A stretch of 32,000 nt of DNA from NCBI RefSeq assembly GCF_000092105.1, contig NC_014148.1, positions 4,950,001-4,982,000 of the forward strand. The letters run 5' to 3'. Position 1 is the first letter of the stretch, and each line of letters begins with the position of its first letter. Below, piece after piece: positions 8,401 through 16,221 of this stretch. The translations under genes were made by a program, and so were the position numbers. Below the pieces are notes generated by a model that ran no database searches, was not told where the DNA came from, and worked only from the letters and a program-made list of their open reading frames with translations. Source of the DNA: Planctopirus limnophila DSM 3776 (GTDB taxonomy: Bacteria > Planctomycetota > Planctomycetia > Planctomycetales > Planctomycetaceae).

Positions 8401-10374
8401 ATTCCACATCAGCTCTCCGTTATGGAGCCGATAAGCCCTGATTCCCTGCGATGTCACCACGATCACACACTGTTGATTCAGCGGCCCGGTTTTCGTCGTA
8501 CCAGCCACGAGAACTCCATCGGGAACCGTCTTTGACCAGAGCTGCCGACCAGTCAGCGACCAGGCCGACAGTTGATTGGATTCTGGTGAAGTACCAATCA
8601 ACACATTGTTCGAGATGAGCAGCCTGGCTTCGCGCCAACTTCGCCACCATTCATCTGGTAGATATCCCGGCGGAAGATCGGCCCGCTGAAATGGGCTGGT
8701 CGGAGTATGAATCGGCAGTGAAGCTCGCCAGTCGATCGATCGCGAAGCCAGATGAATCGAGATCACTTCGCCCACGCCGGTGGTGACAATGCAGTTCGTG
8801 CCATCCCAGACCATCGCGACAGCACTTCTTTGCAGCACGGGATGAACAGCCGGCGATTGGGAAAGTTGACCTAAACCCAGCGACCACTCCAACCGCCCAT
8901 GCTCCCGATCCACCGCATACAACCCGAGATTCTGGTCTTTCTCCGTCAGAAAGAGGAGCTGATCGTCAATCAGCAGTGGAGGGCCCAAAAACATGGTCTC
9001 GCTGAACGGATAGGTCGAGCCACTGCTCTGGCTCCCCAGACGCCAGAGGACTTTCCCAGTCGTCATCTCCACTGCACTGAGCAGTCGATGAGCAGGGCGA
9101 CCATCTGTGCGTGAAGGAATGCGGTCAATCAGATAGAGTCGATCATCATCCGGAGTCATCTGGGCATAGATCGTCTGCGAGTTTTCCAGCCCCACGATTG
9201 CTTGCCAGTCCTGGAGTGATAACGCTCCGCGTTCCCAGGTTTCATTCCGGATCAATGGTGCCGGCAGAGTCCAGACAATTTTTTCAGTCCGTCGATCTAT
9301 TGCCACAAACTTGAGTGGATCGCGTGTGATCACCAGATCTTCCGTGATCAGGGGCTGCAAAATCGAAACTGTAGCGATCCCGCGGGATCGCAGATAATGC
9401 CGGACCTGAGCCGTTCGATTTTCCCATAAATGAGGCTGCTGAGAACCGTCGTCAATCACTCTCCTGCTCATGACCGCACGCTGGTCGGGAACTGTCTCGA
9501 TGCGCGAGGGAACTATCTGCTCAGATTTTTGTACAGGCCAGATCTCGTCGCTGAGACGCTCTTTCAAGAGCCTTAGCCCATGGCCTCGACGTTCTCGCTG
9601 CCCTGATCGAGTTGCAAAACTCGGCTGTTCATTCAGCACTCCACTGGCTCGCATCAGTTGCGTTCGCCGGGCCACATTCTCGACCTTCAATAGTGGATGC
9701 TGTGACAAGTCAAAGTAAATCGAAGCTGCCAGCTCAGCCTGACCACGATCACGAGCCCTGGCAGCCAGTTCTTCCCATGCCTTGATCCCAGCGGCCGATA
9801 AGTCAAACTGCATACAGAATTGCAGCAGTCGTTCTCCCCGCGATTCATCCACAGGCAACTCGCGATAAGCCAGATCAGCCGCGAGTTGGAAATCTTTCAA
9901 CAACTTCTGCTGTTGATACGGCAACAACTGATGGTACCACTCCCGCCGGAGGCGCCAGACGGCGTGAAAAGTCGAGCTGTTTTCGGAAATTGTCGTGACT
10001 GCTTTGGGATCGATGGCCAGTACCCGGTCGGCAATCACAATCGACAGCTCTCGATTTCCAGTGCGCAGAGCATTGGTCAGTTCTCGCAACTGACGTGTGG
10101 TGGCTGGTGAGATCTCCGGGCGAAGCTGCCGGGCCAGCGTCGCTTGAAGAGAACTTTCTGGTGCGGAGCTAACCGTCATATTGTCATTAGAAAGTTCGCC
10201 CGGCTGTACGGCGGGTTGGTTCTCTTGAGCCCATGATGTTGCGGGCGAGCAGCTCAAATTGAACAACAGCACCAAGCCCACCATCACAGACGGGAAAAAC
10301 GCCGACAGAACGAACGCAGGTTCGAGGCGTTTGATGCCTGATTGCCGGGCAGTGATTGTCGAGAACATGCTCAT
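5482..10374 (-). CDS. Giant secreted or membrane-anchored protein with two PQQ-like (BamB-type) beta-propeller repeat regions separated by a helical region
   Basis: 1630-aa uninterrupted ORF. The N-terminus has a hydrophobic signal or anchor (FVLSAFFPSVMVGLVLLFNLSC). W-containing blade motifs recur (KIVWTLPAP, GKVLWRLGS, GRLEWSLGLG, IDWRASLP, GRQLWSKTVP, GELMWNRSS, then GLPRWSRDD, ENVWVHAAS, GRVMWRVEV). Helical blocks lie at about aa 60-330 and 760-1100. Confidence 0.7.
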   Translation of the reverse strand: MSMFSTITARQSGIKRLEPAFVLSAFFPSVMVGLVLLFNLSCSPATSWAQENQPAVQPGELSNDNMTVSSAPESSLQATLARQLRPEISPATTRQLRELTNALRTGNRELSIVIADRVLAIDPKAVTTISENSSTFHAVWRLRREWYHQLLPYQQQKLLKDFQLAADLAYRELPVDESRGERLLQFCMQFDLSAAGIKAWEELAARARDRGQAELAASIYFDLSQHPLLKVENVARRTQLMRASGVLNEQPSFATRSGQRERRGHGLRLLKERLSDEIWPVQKSEQIVPSRIETVPDQRAVMSRRVIDDGSQQPHLWENRTAQVRHYLRSRGIATVSILQPLITEDLVITRDPLKFVAIDRRTEKIVWTLPAPLIRNETWERGALSLQDWQAIVGLENSQTIYAQMTPDDDRLYLIDRIPSRTDGRPAHRLLSAVEMTTGKVLWRLGSQSSGSTYPFSETMFLGPPLLIDDQLLFLTEKDQNLGLYAVDREHGRLEWSLGLGQLSQSPAVHPVLQRSAVAMVWDGTNCIVTTGVGEVISIHLASRSIDWRASLPIHTPTSPFQRADLPPGYLPDEWWRSWREARLLISNNVLIGTSPESNQLSAWSLTGRQLWSKTVPDGVLVAGTTKTGPLNQQCVIVVTSQGIRAYRLHNGELMWNRSSLLATHPVADGWWLSGRPVLLQEADQQAWLLAPLTNGQKLLISATTGEVRAVFPAENHEESAAALFIKDQELWSISPQGLTVEPRPDLVFTAKESRATQWSRAVAQGDFQTGWEILQQLADEDLPSQLGPLARKKAIELLQQKLCWGDFSFHPQEFREVTRRLSELLATAPDQHLALRIELAGYWLACDLPQEALATLKSISLLQLREADALESSGAMTEKSFPGQPPAMKNPWGPVISGNGPVLSGDRPVLSGDRPVQGIIDGDGRRGFIDERGQKSLLSSALQVRPSHRALAVAMRAYHQTTRDREANSIRGEPIDWPGWTHTFADWCQCDSFDAADFWVGTALGSYLQNHRLTSDNFLAEAQALADVDHLRRELAALAMIERLQVTPAISAKLAEAPLTSVWNQLVEDWRKRGLLEDANAAEMLKHRSLARLATKSSREHDLTLPRKVEPVLGVPQVTREGFVLPSIRERNEEVYQFPIPATSWPGLVADRLDISLARPGTAIRFAGEHVESPWIFGLKQQEEDEIPLLRQAWTLHQATGVGRLLILQVGAEVMAIQPLNATGEPQPRKLWSYELASESRHPLDQWVPAAQARRHLADPISFGVADPYGNLIGQAKLITPELTAWIRGAVLEVIDTATGLPRWSRDDIPALSLLAGDSDTIVLIDVAREWIYRLDALDGTVLEKQAMPGRFPAQATPKRRQLSSPTIVGEVPRGWWIEGRYLFEERVEALQQPIPEQPIPEGAMAQSLPAIRYQLICHDLVTGENVWVHAASQICYAFPLDAWTMGLIRRTDLSGGGELLLLDQQTGMAMAPAIAISLPEKVSRIVATFDKDRFYVGASNGSQMRLEAPSLQLRNGYRQPYLAGEMTAIDRKTGRVMWRVEVDQEPWPLDVSRAYPVIVRCWTTPETAGSRGAVGHQRIHWATTGEMAAADDALFLNGYVTIEAGEGDELILRREFYSTRILPPGTK
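6163..6192 (-). repeat. Perfect 15-bp tandem duplication (TTCAGGTATGGGTTG x2) inside the giant CDS
   Basis: Read directly from the sequence. It is in frame and encodes PIPEQPIPE in a linker of the C-terminal region. Confidence 0.9.
7621..7704 (-). repeat. 21-bp tandem repeat inside the giant CDS: two perfect units plus two degenerate units
   Basis: CACTGGCCTATCGCCGGATAA occurs at 7621-7641 and 7642-7662. Diverged units follow at 7663-7683 and 7684-7704. In frame, they encode GPVISGNGPVLSGDRPVLSGDRPVQG. Confidence 0.9.
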
Positions 10375-10611
10375 TTCTGCACCTGAGCCTCACGTTTCTG
10401 ACAGTCTTTACTCTCCACGACACAGCGATTGTTCGGCAATTACCAATTAAAAAATGACCTCAGAACAACTTCGTGCAGGTTATGTACCATGAAGTCGGAG
10501 AAATAGGATATGCGAGACATATCCCGACCCACGCGTGCCTCTTTTGAAACCGTCATCAGCGACTGTATGGGAGTGCATTCTGCGATGAGGCCGCACGTTG
10601 ATTGCATGCCT

Positions 10612-10681
10612 AATACGTTCGAGCTCACCCTCATCCCGGCCTTCTCCCGTCGGAACGGGAGAAGGAGAAAAACCCTCGCCT
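10612..10681 (-). repeat. ~70-nt intergenic repeat carrying an 11-bp perfect-stem hairpin (CCTTCTCCCGT-N4-ACGGGAGAAGG, 10640-10665)
   Basis: About 64 of 70 aligned positions are identical (hand alignment) to the reverse complement of 28921-28989. It starts 61 nt after the purQ stop, in the sense orientation relative to purQ. Confidence 0.8.
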
Positions 10682-10742
10682 GCGTCTGCGACGGGCGGCC
10701 TCTGAACAGCTCTCGACACCCGAACGATCGCCGGGAAGACGA

Positions 10743-11624
10743 CTATGCAAAGTAATCGATCGCGTTCTGGAAGATCTGCTTGCCAGCTCCATCCCCTGCG
10801 AGATTCATGCGAGTCCAGTTCGGATGCTGAGTCGCGAAGAGAAATCGCTCGGGGTGCGGCATTAATCCCAGCACACGCCCAGTGGGATCACAGAGCCCAG
10901 CCAGATCCGCGATTGAACCATTCGGGTTGGCCTGTTCCATCAAAGCCGAAGTTCCCCGCCGGGTTTCGATCGCGCCACCAGCCTGAGCGGTGAGTACAGT
11001 CACCTGATCCGGGTTGTGGTACTTTCGCCAGGGAATGTAAGCCAGTGCCATTTGCTGACGCGATTCCCACTCAGTCAGCACTGCTGCATCCCGAACGGCA
11101 ATCCGACCCTCGGCATGTGCCATCGGCAGGTCGATTTCATCTAGGCCGCGCAGGAAGATCGAATTTGTGGAGGTCACTTTGAGCCTCACCCAGCGGGCGG
11201 TATAGCGACCATTTTCATTCCAGGTGAGTGTTGCTTTGGCAGGCTGATTGACGAAATCTGGCTGATTCCAGCCTGCGTCACCATCGGGAAGTACGCCCGC
11301 TTTCAAAAGTGTTTGAAAGCCATTGCAGATTCCCAGTGCCAACTTGTCACCGGCCAGAAATTCTCCGATTTCTTCGCGGAGAGCGGTTTTGAGCTGGCTG
11401 GCAAAAATCACTCCCGAGCCAATGTCATCGCCATAACTGAATCCACCGGGAATGCAGAGGATCTGGTAATCCTTAAGTCGCCCCGGGTTTTCCAGAATTC
11501 GATTGAGGTGCAGCACTTCTGGCTCGCCACCGCAAATCTTAAACGCGTGGGCCGTTTCCTGATCGCAATTTGTTCCCGGGGCACGCAAGACACAAACGCG
11601 GGGTGATATCATGGCGTGGGTCAT
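10743..11624 (-). CDS. purQ: Phosphoribosylformylglycinamidine synthase subunit I (glutamine amidotransferase, long form)
   Basis: 293-aa ORF. It has the class-I GATase catalytic Cys in LALGICNGFQTL and the C-terminal HPE triad in LMPHPERF. The N-terminal VCVLRAPGTNCD and CIPGGFSYGDD motifs are typical of PurQ. No purS or purL lies nearby. Confidence 0.8.
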   Translation of the reverse strand: MTHAMISPRVCVLRAPGTNCDQETAHAFKICGGEPEVLHLNRILENPGRLKDYQILCIPGGFSYGDDIGSGVIFASQLKTALREEIGEFLAGDKLALGICNGFQTLLKAGVLPDGDAGWNQPDFVNQPAKATLTWNENGRYTARWVRLKVTSTNSIFLRGLDEIDLPMAHAEGRIAVRDAAVLTEWESRQQMALAYIPWRKYHNPDQVTVLTAQAGGAIETRRGTSALMEQANPNGSIADLAGLCDPTGRVLGLMPHPERFLFATQHPNWTRMNLAGDGAGKQIFQNAIDYFA

Positions 11625-12204
11625 CCACCATCTGCAGGAATTTCAACGGAACCATTTGTCACCCACCACCGGGCAGGTCTTCTCACGAACAGTCTGGCTG
11701 AACACCAATTCAACTGCAATCGAAACCGCGGTCAAAGGCTTCCGCCACCAAGATTTCCCGCTCAGGCGTTGATTCCACGAGCTGTTGATCACAAATGGAA
11801 CTCTCCAACCGTGCTCCTGAGGGGAATCGTGGTTCCATATGCAAAGCCGGAAACGACTCGCTCAATTTGAGCAACAGAGCTGCGATTGGCCAACAAATTC
11901 GACAGGAATCTGTCCATTGACGCATGCAAATGCCTGAAAATGATTGATCTTCTGGCACGTCCTCTCAGACGCTACGCTCACAGGTGGTTGAAGTTACTGG
12001 AGATTCCAACTAGAATCCGCCTGACAACTTGAAGCTCACTGAGATTGTGCGAACTCACTGCAAATTAACAGGTTAATGACACGCAAGACCTTGATCGAAT
12101 GAATCTCTGCAGTTGAATCGAGGATTTCAAAAACACGGCTTGGCATTCTCGATTTCTCTGTACTATTGACCTCGGAATGGATCAATTCACGGTCTTCAGA
12201 ATGG

Positions 12205-12588
12205 ATGGAAATGGACGGCTTATTCGCAGTTCTGATCTATACCGGAGTGCTGGTCGGGTTCGTGATCACGAATCTGATTCTGACTCATATAATCGGGCCG
12301 TCCAAAAAGACGGCCGTTAAGCAGATGCCTTACGAATCGGGCATGGATCCTGTGGGCGATGCCCGCCAGCCCTTCGATGTGAAGTTTTATCTGGTCGCGA
12401 TTCTGTTTCTGATCTTCGATGTTGAGCTTTTGTTCATGTACCCCTGGGCGGTGGCTGCTTACAAGGGTGATGGCGGAGTTCCTGCGGAACTTTCCTCGAC
12501 AGTTTACGGCGTCATGCTCGTCTTCTTTGGTACTCTGGCAATTGCCTACATCTACGCCTGGCGAAAGGGTGTGTTCAAATGGCGATAG
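12205..12588 (+). CDS. nuoA: NADH-quinone oxidoreductase subunit A
   Basis: The ORF is open from a TTG at 12166, and the first ATG at 12205 gives [12 protein letters not shown]. It has 3 TM segments and the conserved PYESGMDP motif. It is first in a nuoA-N series and overlaps the nuoB start by 10 nt. Confidence 0.85.
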   Translation: MEMDGLFAVLIYTGVLVGFVITNLILTHIIGPSKKTAVKQMPYESGMDPVGDARQPFDVKFYLVAILFLIFDVELLFMYPWAVAAYKGDGGVPAELSSTVYGVMLVFFGTLAIAYIYAWRKGVFKWR

Positions 12589-13271
12589 CTCAACCCCCAG
12601 GATCAGGTGGAGCCTCGGCAACACCAGGTTCCTCAGCCCCTTTCGTGAATCCGCAAAAGGGCCTGCCTGATAACGTCTTTCTCACCACGCTCAATGCCGC
12701 CTCAAGCTGGGCAAGAAAGAACAGCCTTTGGCCGATGCCTTTTGCCACAGCCTGTTGTGGGATCGAGCTGATGGCCACTGCCTCATCCCGGCATGACCTG
12801 GCTCGCTTCGGTGCTGAAGTCATGCGATTTTCGCCCCGCCAGTGCGACCTGATGATTGTCGCTGGTCGCGTCGCCATGAAGATGATGCCTGTTCTGCAAC
12901 GCATCTGGCTGCAAATGCCCGAACCCAAGTGGTGCATCTCGATGGGCGCCTGTGCCTGTACGGGTGGAGTTTTCGATACTTATGCTGTCGTGCAGGGAAT
13001 TGACCGCTTTATTCCGGTCGATCTTTATGTTCCTGGCTGCCCACCACGCCCGGAACAGTTGATTGCCGGAATCATGCAGATTCAGGATCTGGTGCAGAAG
13101 ACGGGAACCATGCAGGGGACGGAATTCCAGTATCGAACTCGACCAACGGGCCCCGCTCCGTTCGATGCCGATGAGATTATCCGGATTCGAGAAGGTCAGA
13201 TGCAGCTCACTCCACTGGAGCTCCCCGCATCGTTGAAAAGGGGGAATCCAGCTCTTGAGGGGTCTGCTTAA
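12579..13271 (+). CDS. nuoB: NADH-quinone oxidoreductase subunit B
   Basis: N2-cluster motifs are present: [20 protein letters not shown] and [11 protein letters not shown]. Compared with the canonical ~170-180-aa core there is a ~30-aa N-terminal and a ~50-aa C-terminal extension. Confidence 0.93.
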   Translation: MAIAQPPGSGGASATPGSSAPFVNPQKGLPDNVFLTTLNAASSWARKNSLWPMPFATACCGIELMATASSRHDLARFGAEVMRFSPRQCDLMIVAGRVAMKMMPVLQRIWLQMPEPKWCISMGACACTGGVFDTYAVVQGIDRFIPVDLYVPGCPPRPEQLIAGIMQIQDLVQKTGTMQGTEFQYRTRPTGPAPFDADEIIRIREGQMQLTPLELPASLKRGNPALEGSA

Positions 13272-13408
13272 TCCAAAGAAATCGAGCAGATTGGTTTTCT
13301 GTTCAGCACAGTAGCGTCTATCTGAAATTAAAGCAGGCGCTGAAGTTTCAAATCCAAATGAATCTCGACAGTTGTTCGGAAAGTCGTCATTGAGAAGGGT
13401 AGGTTTCG

Positions 13409-13897
13409 GTGGACTTCGCAGCACTCAATGAGCATTTGGGCGGTGTCCTGAAATCGGAATCTTTCCGAGACAACACACGCCTGATCGTCCCGGCAGCTCA
13501 ACTCGATGATCTCATGTCTCACCTCAAACATCACCTGGGGTTCGACATGCTCAGTGATGTCACCTGCTGTGATTACCTGGAGTACCCCGGTGCCACAGAT
13601 CGCTATGGCGTCATCTATGTCGTGGTGAACACCAAGACTCGAGAGCGGCTTGTCGTCAAAACTTTCGTGAATGATCCATCGCCCACTTTGCCCTCCATGT
13701 ACCGCCACTGGAAAACTGCAGACTGGACGGAACGCGAAGTTTATGACCTGTTTGGCATTCACTTCGCCGGCCACCCGAATCTGCAGCGAATCCTTTGCCC
13801 CCCTGAGTTTGAAAGCCACGCACTCCGCAAAGATTACCCGCTTAAAGGGCGTGGAGAACGACATAACTTCCCGGTGATCACCAGAGCCGAAAGTTAA
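13409..13897 (+). CDS. nuoC: NADH-quinone oxidoreductase subunit C
   Basis: 162 aa with a GTG start. It carries the 30-kDa subunit signature WTEREVYDLFGIHFAGHPNLQRIL and DYPLKG. It is not fused to nuoD. Confidence 0.9.
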   Translation: MDFAALNEHLGGVLKSESFRDNTRLIVPAAQLDDLMSHLKHHLGFDMLSDVTCCDYLEYPGATDRYGVIYVVVNTKTRERLVVKTFVNDPSPTLPSMYRHWKTADWTEREVYDLFGIHFAGHPNLQRILCPPEFESHALRKDYPLKGRGERHNFPVITRAES

Positions 13898-14000
13898 CCA
13901 CCCGCTGCCAGCCACCTGACGACTTGCCGGTGATATTGATCAAAGCCATAAAACCTGTTTCATCCCTGATTCGCGAAACTTCACTCATTGAAGGTTGACC

Positions 14001-15263
14001 ATGCCCGTTGTTGCCTCTTCGCTCCACCCGGCGACGTCCCGCAATGCGGCTGGCGGGCCGGCCTCATCACATGCCGAAGCGGCGAATTCTGAATATTTAT
14101 GGACGCTGAACTTCGGGCCTCAGCATCCAGCCACTCACACCACGCTCCGACTGGTTCTGACGCTCGATGGGGAAAAGGTCGTTAAGGCCGAACCCGATAT
14201 TGGTTATCTCCACAGTGGTTTTGAAAAACTGGGGGAATCACTCGATTTCAATCAGTATGTCACCATTGTTGACCGCATGAATTACATCTCGCCACTGGCG
14301 AATGAAATTGCCTGGCACCATACCGTCGAAAAACTGCTCGGTATCGAGATCACTCCCCGCTGTACTTATCTGCGGACAATCCTTGCCGAGCTGATGCGTC
14401 TGCATGACCACCTGTTGTGTGTGGGCGCTGTGGCCCTCGACCTGGGAGCATTTACTGCCTTTCTGTATTTCTTCCAGCAGCGGGAATTGATTTACGACAT
14501 TGTGGAATATGCCTCAGGCCAGCGATTTCACACAAGCTACACCCGTGTCGGTGGTGTGCTTTTCGACGTGAATAACTTATGGGCCGATAAGGTTCGCTCA
14601 TTCGCGAAGAACTTCCCCAAGATTCACAGCGAAGTGGATCGTCTGCTGACGAAGAATCGCATTTTTGTGGATCGAGTCAAAGGTGTGGGTGTTCTTTCCC
14701 GCGAAGACGCCATCAACATGGGCTGTACTGGCCCTATTGCCCGCGCCTCTGGTGTGGTGCGGGACCTGCGAAAAGATGAACCCTACCTGGCGTATGCTGA
14801 TCTCGATTTCAAGATCGCTGCCTCTAAAAATGGCGATTGCTATGCCCGCTATTTAGTCCGTATGCAGGAAATGCTCGAGAGCATCAAAATTATTAACCAG
14901 GCGATTGAAAACATCCCCGCAGGCCCGGTGAATGTCGAGTTGGAGGGGAAGTCCGTTCTTCCTTCCAAACCCGCTGTCTATCGAAGTATTGAAGGTTTGA
15001 TCCACCACTTTGAAATGATTATGCCCAATCGCGGCTTCAAAGTTCCGGTGGAAGAGCTTTACGCCTGTACGGAATCTCCCAATGGGGAATTGGGTTTTTA
15101 TATAGTCGCCGATGGAGAACCGCGTGCCTATCGGGCTCGATGCCGGCCACCCTCGTTCATCCACTTTGCGACATTCCAGCACCTGATGCCGGGCTATATG
15201 CTCAGCGATGTGCCAGCCATTCTGGGTAGTTTGAATATCATTGCTGCGGAGTTGGATCGATGA
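14001..15263 (+). CDS. nuoD: NADH-quinone oxidoreductase subunit D
   Basis: 49-kDa subunit motif LNFGPQHPATHTTLRL, with conserved C-terminal PSFIHF and LGSLNIIAAELDR. An alternative TTG start lies at 13995. Confidence 0.93.
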   Translation: MPVVASSLHPATSRNAAGGPASSHAEAANSEYLWTLNFGPQHPATHTTLRLVLTLDGEKVVKAEPDIGYLHSGFEKLGESLDFNQYVTIVDRMNYISPLANEIAWHHTVEKLLGIEITPRCTYLRTILAELMRLHDHLLCVGAVALDLGAFTAFLYFFQQRELIYDIVEYASGQRFHTSYTRVGGVLFDVNNLWADKVRSFAKNFPKIHSEVDRLLTKNRIFVDRVKGVGVLSREDAINMGCTGPIARASGVVRDLRKDEPYLAYADLDFKIAASKNGDCYARYLVRMQEMLESIKIINQAIENIPAGPVNVELEGKSVLPSKPAVYRSIEGLIHHFEMIMPNRGFKVPVEELYACTESPNGELGFYIVADGEPRAYRARCRPPSFIHFATFQHLMPGYMLSDVPAILGSLNIIAAELDR

Positions 15264-15739
15264 CGGTACTTTCGGATGATTTACGGGCACGCATTGTTGC
15301 GGAGTTTCCGAAATACCCGAACAAGCGGGCGGTCACTCTCCCAGCGCTGCATTTAGTGCATGATGAACTCCGCCATGTTTCGACGGGTGCGATCGAAGAA
15401 ATTGCAGAACTTCTCGAACTGCACCCCTCCGAAGTTCATGACACGATGACGTTCTACCAATTCTTCCGTACGGAAGAAAATCCATTGGGCAAGCATCGCG
15501 TGTGGGTTTGTCGGAGTATCAGTTGTGGTCTGCGCGGCGGCGAAGAACTTCTCGCTCACATGTGCGAGAAACTCCACGTCACGCCAGGCGGCACTACAGA
15601 GGATGGCAAGATCACACTCGAGTTCGCGGAATGCCTCGGCGTCTGCGATGGGGCTCCCTGTGTTCTGGTCGATGAAGACTGTGTCCACAACGTCACTCAT
15701 GAAATGGCAGATAAACTGATTAGTGAATTGAAGGCATAG
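15260..15739 (+). CDS. nuoE: NADH-quinone oxidoreductase subunit E (2Fe-2S)
   Basis: ATGA start/stop overlap with nuoD. Cys ligands are in CRSISCGLRG and CLGVCDGAPC. Confidence 0.92.
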   Translation: MTVLSDDLRARIVAEFPKYPNKRAVTLPALHLVHDELRHVSTGAIEEIAELLELHPSEVHDTMTFYQFFRTEENPLGKHRVWVCRSISCGLRGGEELLAHMCEKLHVTPGGTTEDGKITLEFAECLGVCDGAPCVLVDEDCVHNVTHEMADKLISELKA

Positions 15740-15910
15740 CTACAGAAAACATCGTCAAGGGAACAAGTGATGGTTCCGCCAGATCAACTGAAATGTGTGG
15801 TGTTTGGCGAATTCATGACAACCGGAACATTGGTATTCAAAAACTGATAGCGCGGATCCAAGTTCAACAAATCGAAGTTTTTGAACCTCATCTCTGGCGA
15901 GAGTTTTTCA

Positions 15911-16165
15911 ATGCAAGATCACATCGATTTGATTGAGCGTTACCCTGAAAATACCCACGACATTTTTGATGAGGTTGTCTTTGAAGCAGTTCGAGAAGCA
16001 GTTCGCGAGAACTGGTTGCACGGAATTCCAGCCAGTACCTGGCAAGAGGGAAAGATTGTGTATGTCTGGCCCTCAGACGAAGAGATCAAAAACCTGCCTT
16101 GCTACGAATTGATTGCTAATCAGGTGAAACGAGAACTCGCTATCCAGAACCTTCCGCACGAGTAA
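15911..16165 (+). CDS. Small hypothetical protein (84 aa from the ATG) inserted between nuoE and nuoF
   Basis: The ORF is open from a TTG at 15881, with an ATG at 15911 (MQDHIDLIERYPEN...). It is acidic with no TM segment. The surrounding 482-bp gap looks AT-richer than the flanking nuo genes by eye. I recognise no family. Confidence 0.45.
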   Translation: MQDHIDLIERYPENTHDIFDEVVFEAVREAVRENWLHGIPASTWQEGKIVYVWPSDEEIKNLPCYELIANQVKRELAIQNLPHE

Positions 16166-16221
16166 TCAACGCCAGTCGCTTCAATAAATATTGTCCTTTA
16201 TCGATACACGGATGCTTTCCC

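Noticed and set aside
11625-11800. A possible purine/ZTP-type riboswitch in the purQ 5' leader
   Set aside because: I could not find the conserved ZTP (pfl) elements, such as the GGGUCGUGAC-like 5' domain and the CCGCCUGGGC 3' pseudoknot strand, or the purine-riboswitch junction motifs. The leader shows no convincing conserved structure.
12141-12156. A sigma-54-like TGGCAT element upstream of nuoA
   Set aside because: The expected GC dinucleotide of the -12 element at the correct spacing is missing (TGGCAT-TCTCG-ATTTC), and the element sits only about 50 nt from the ATG. It is not supportable as a promoter.
15770-15847. A 25-aa mini-ORF (MVPPDQLKCVVFGEFMTTGTLVFKN) in the nuoE-nuoF gap, possibly a partner of the 84-aa ORF (toxin-antitoxin-like pair)
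   Set aside because: It is too short, with no RBS or recognisable motif, so coding cannot be supported from the sequence alone.
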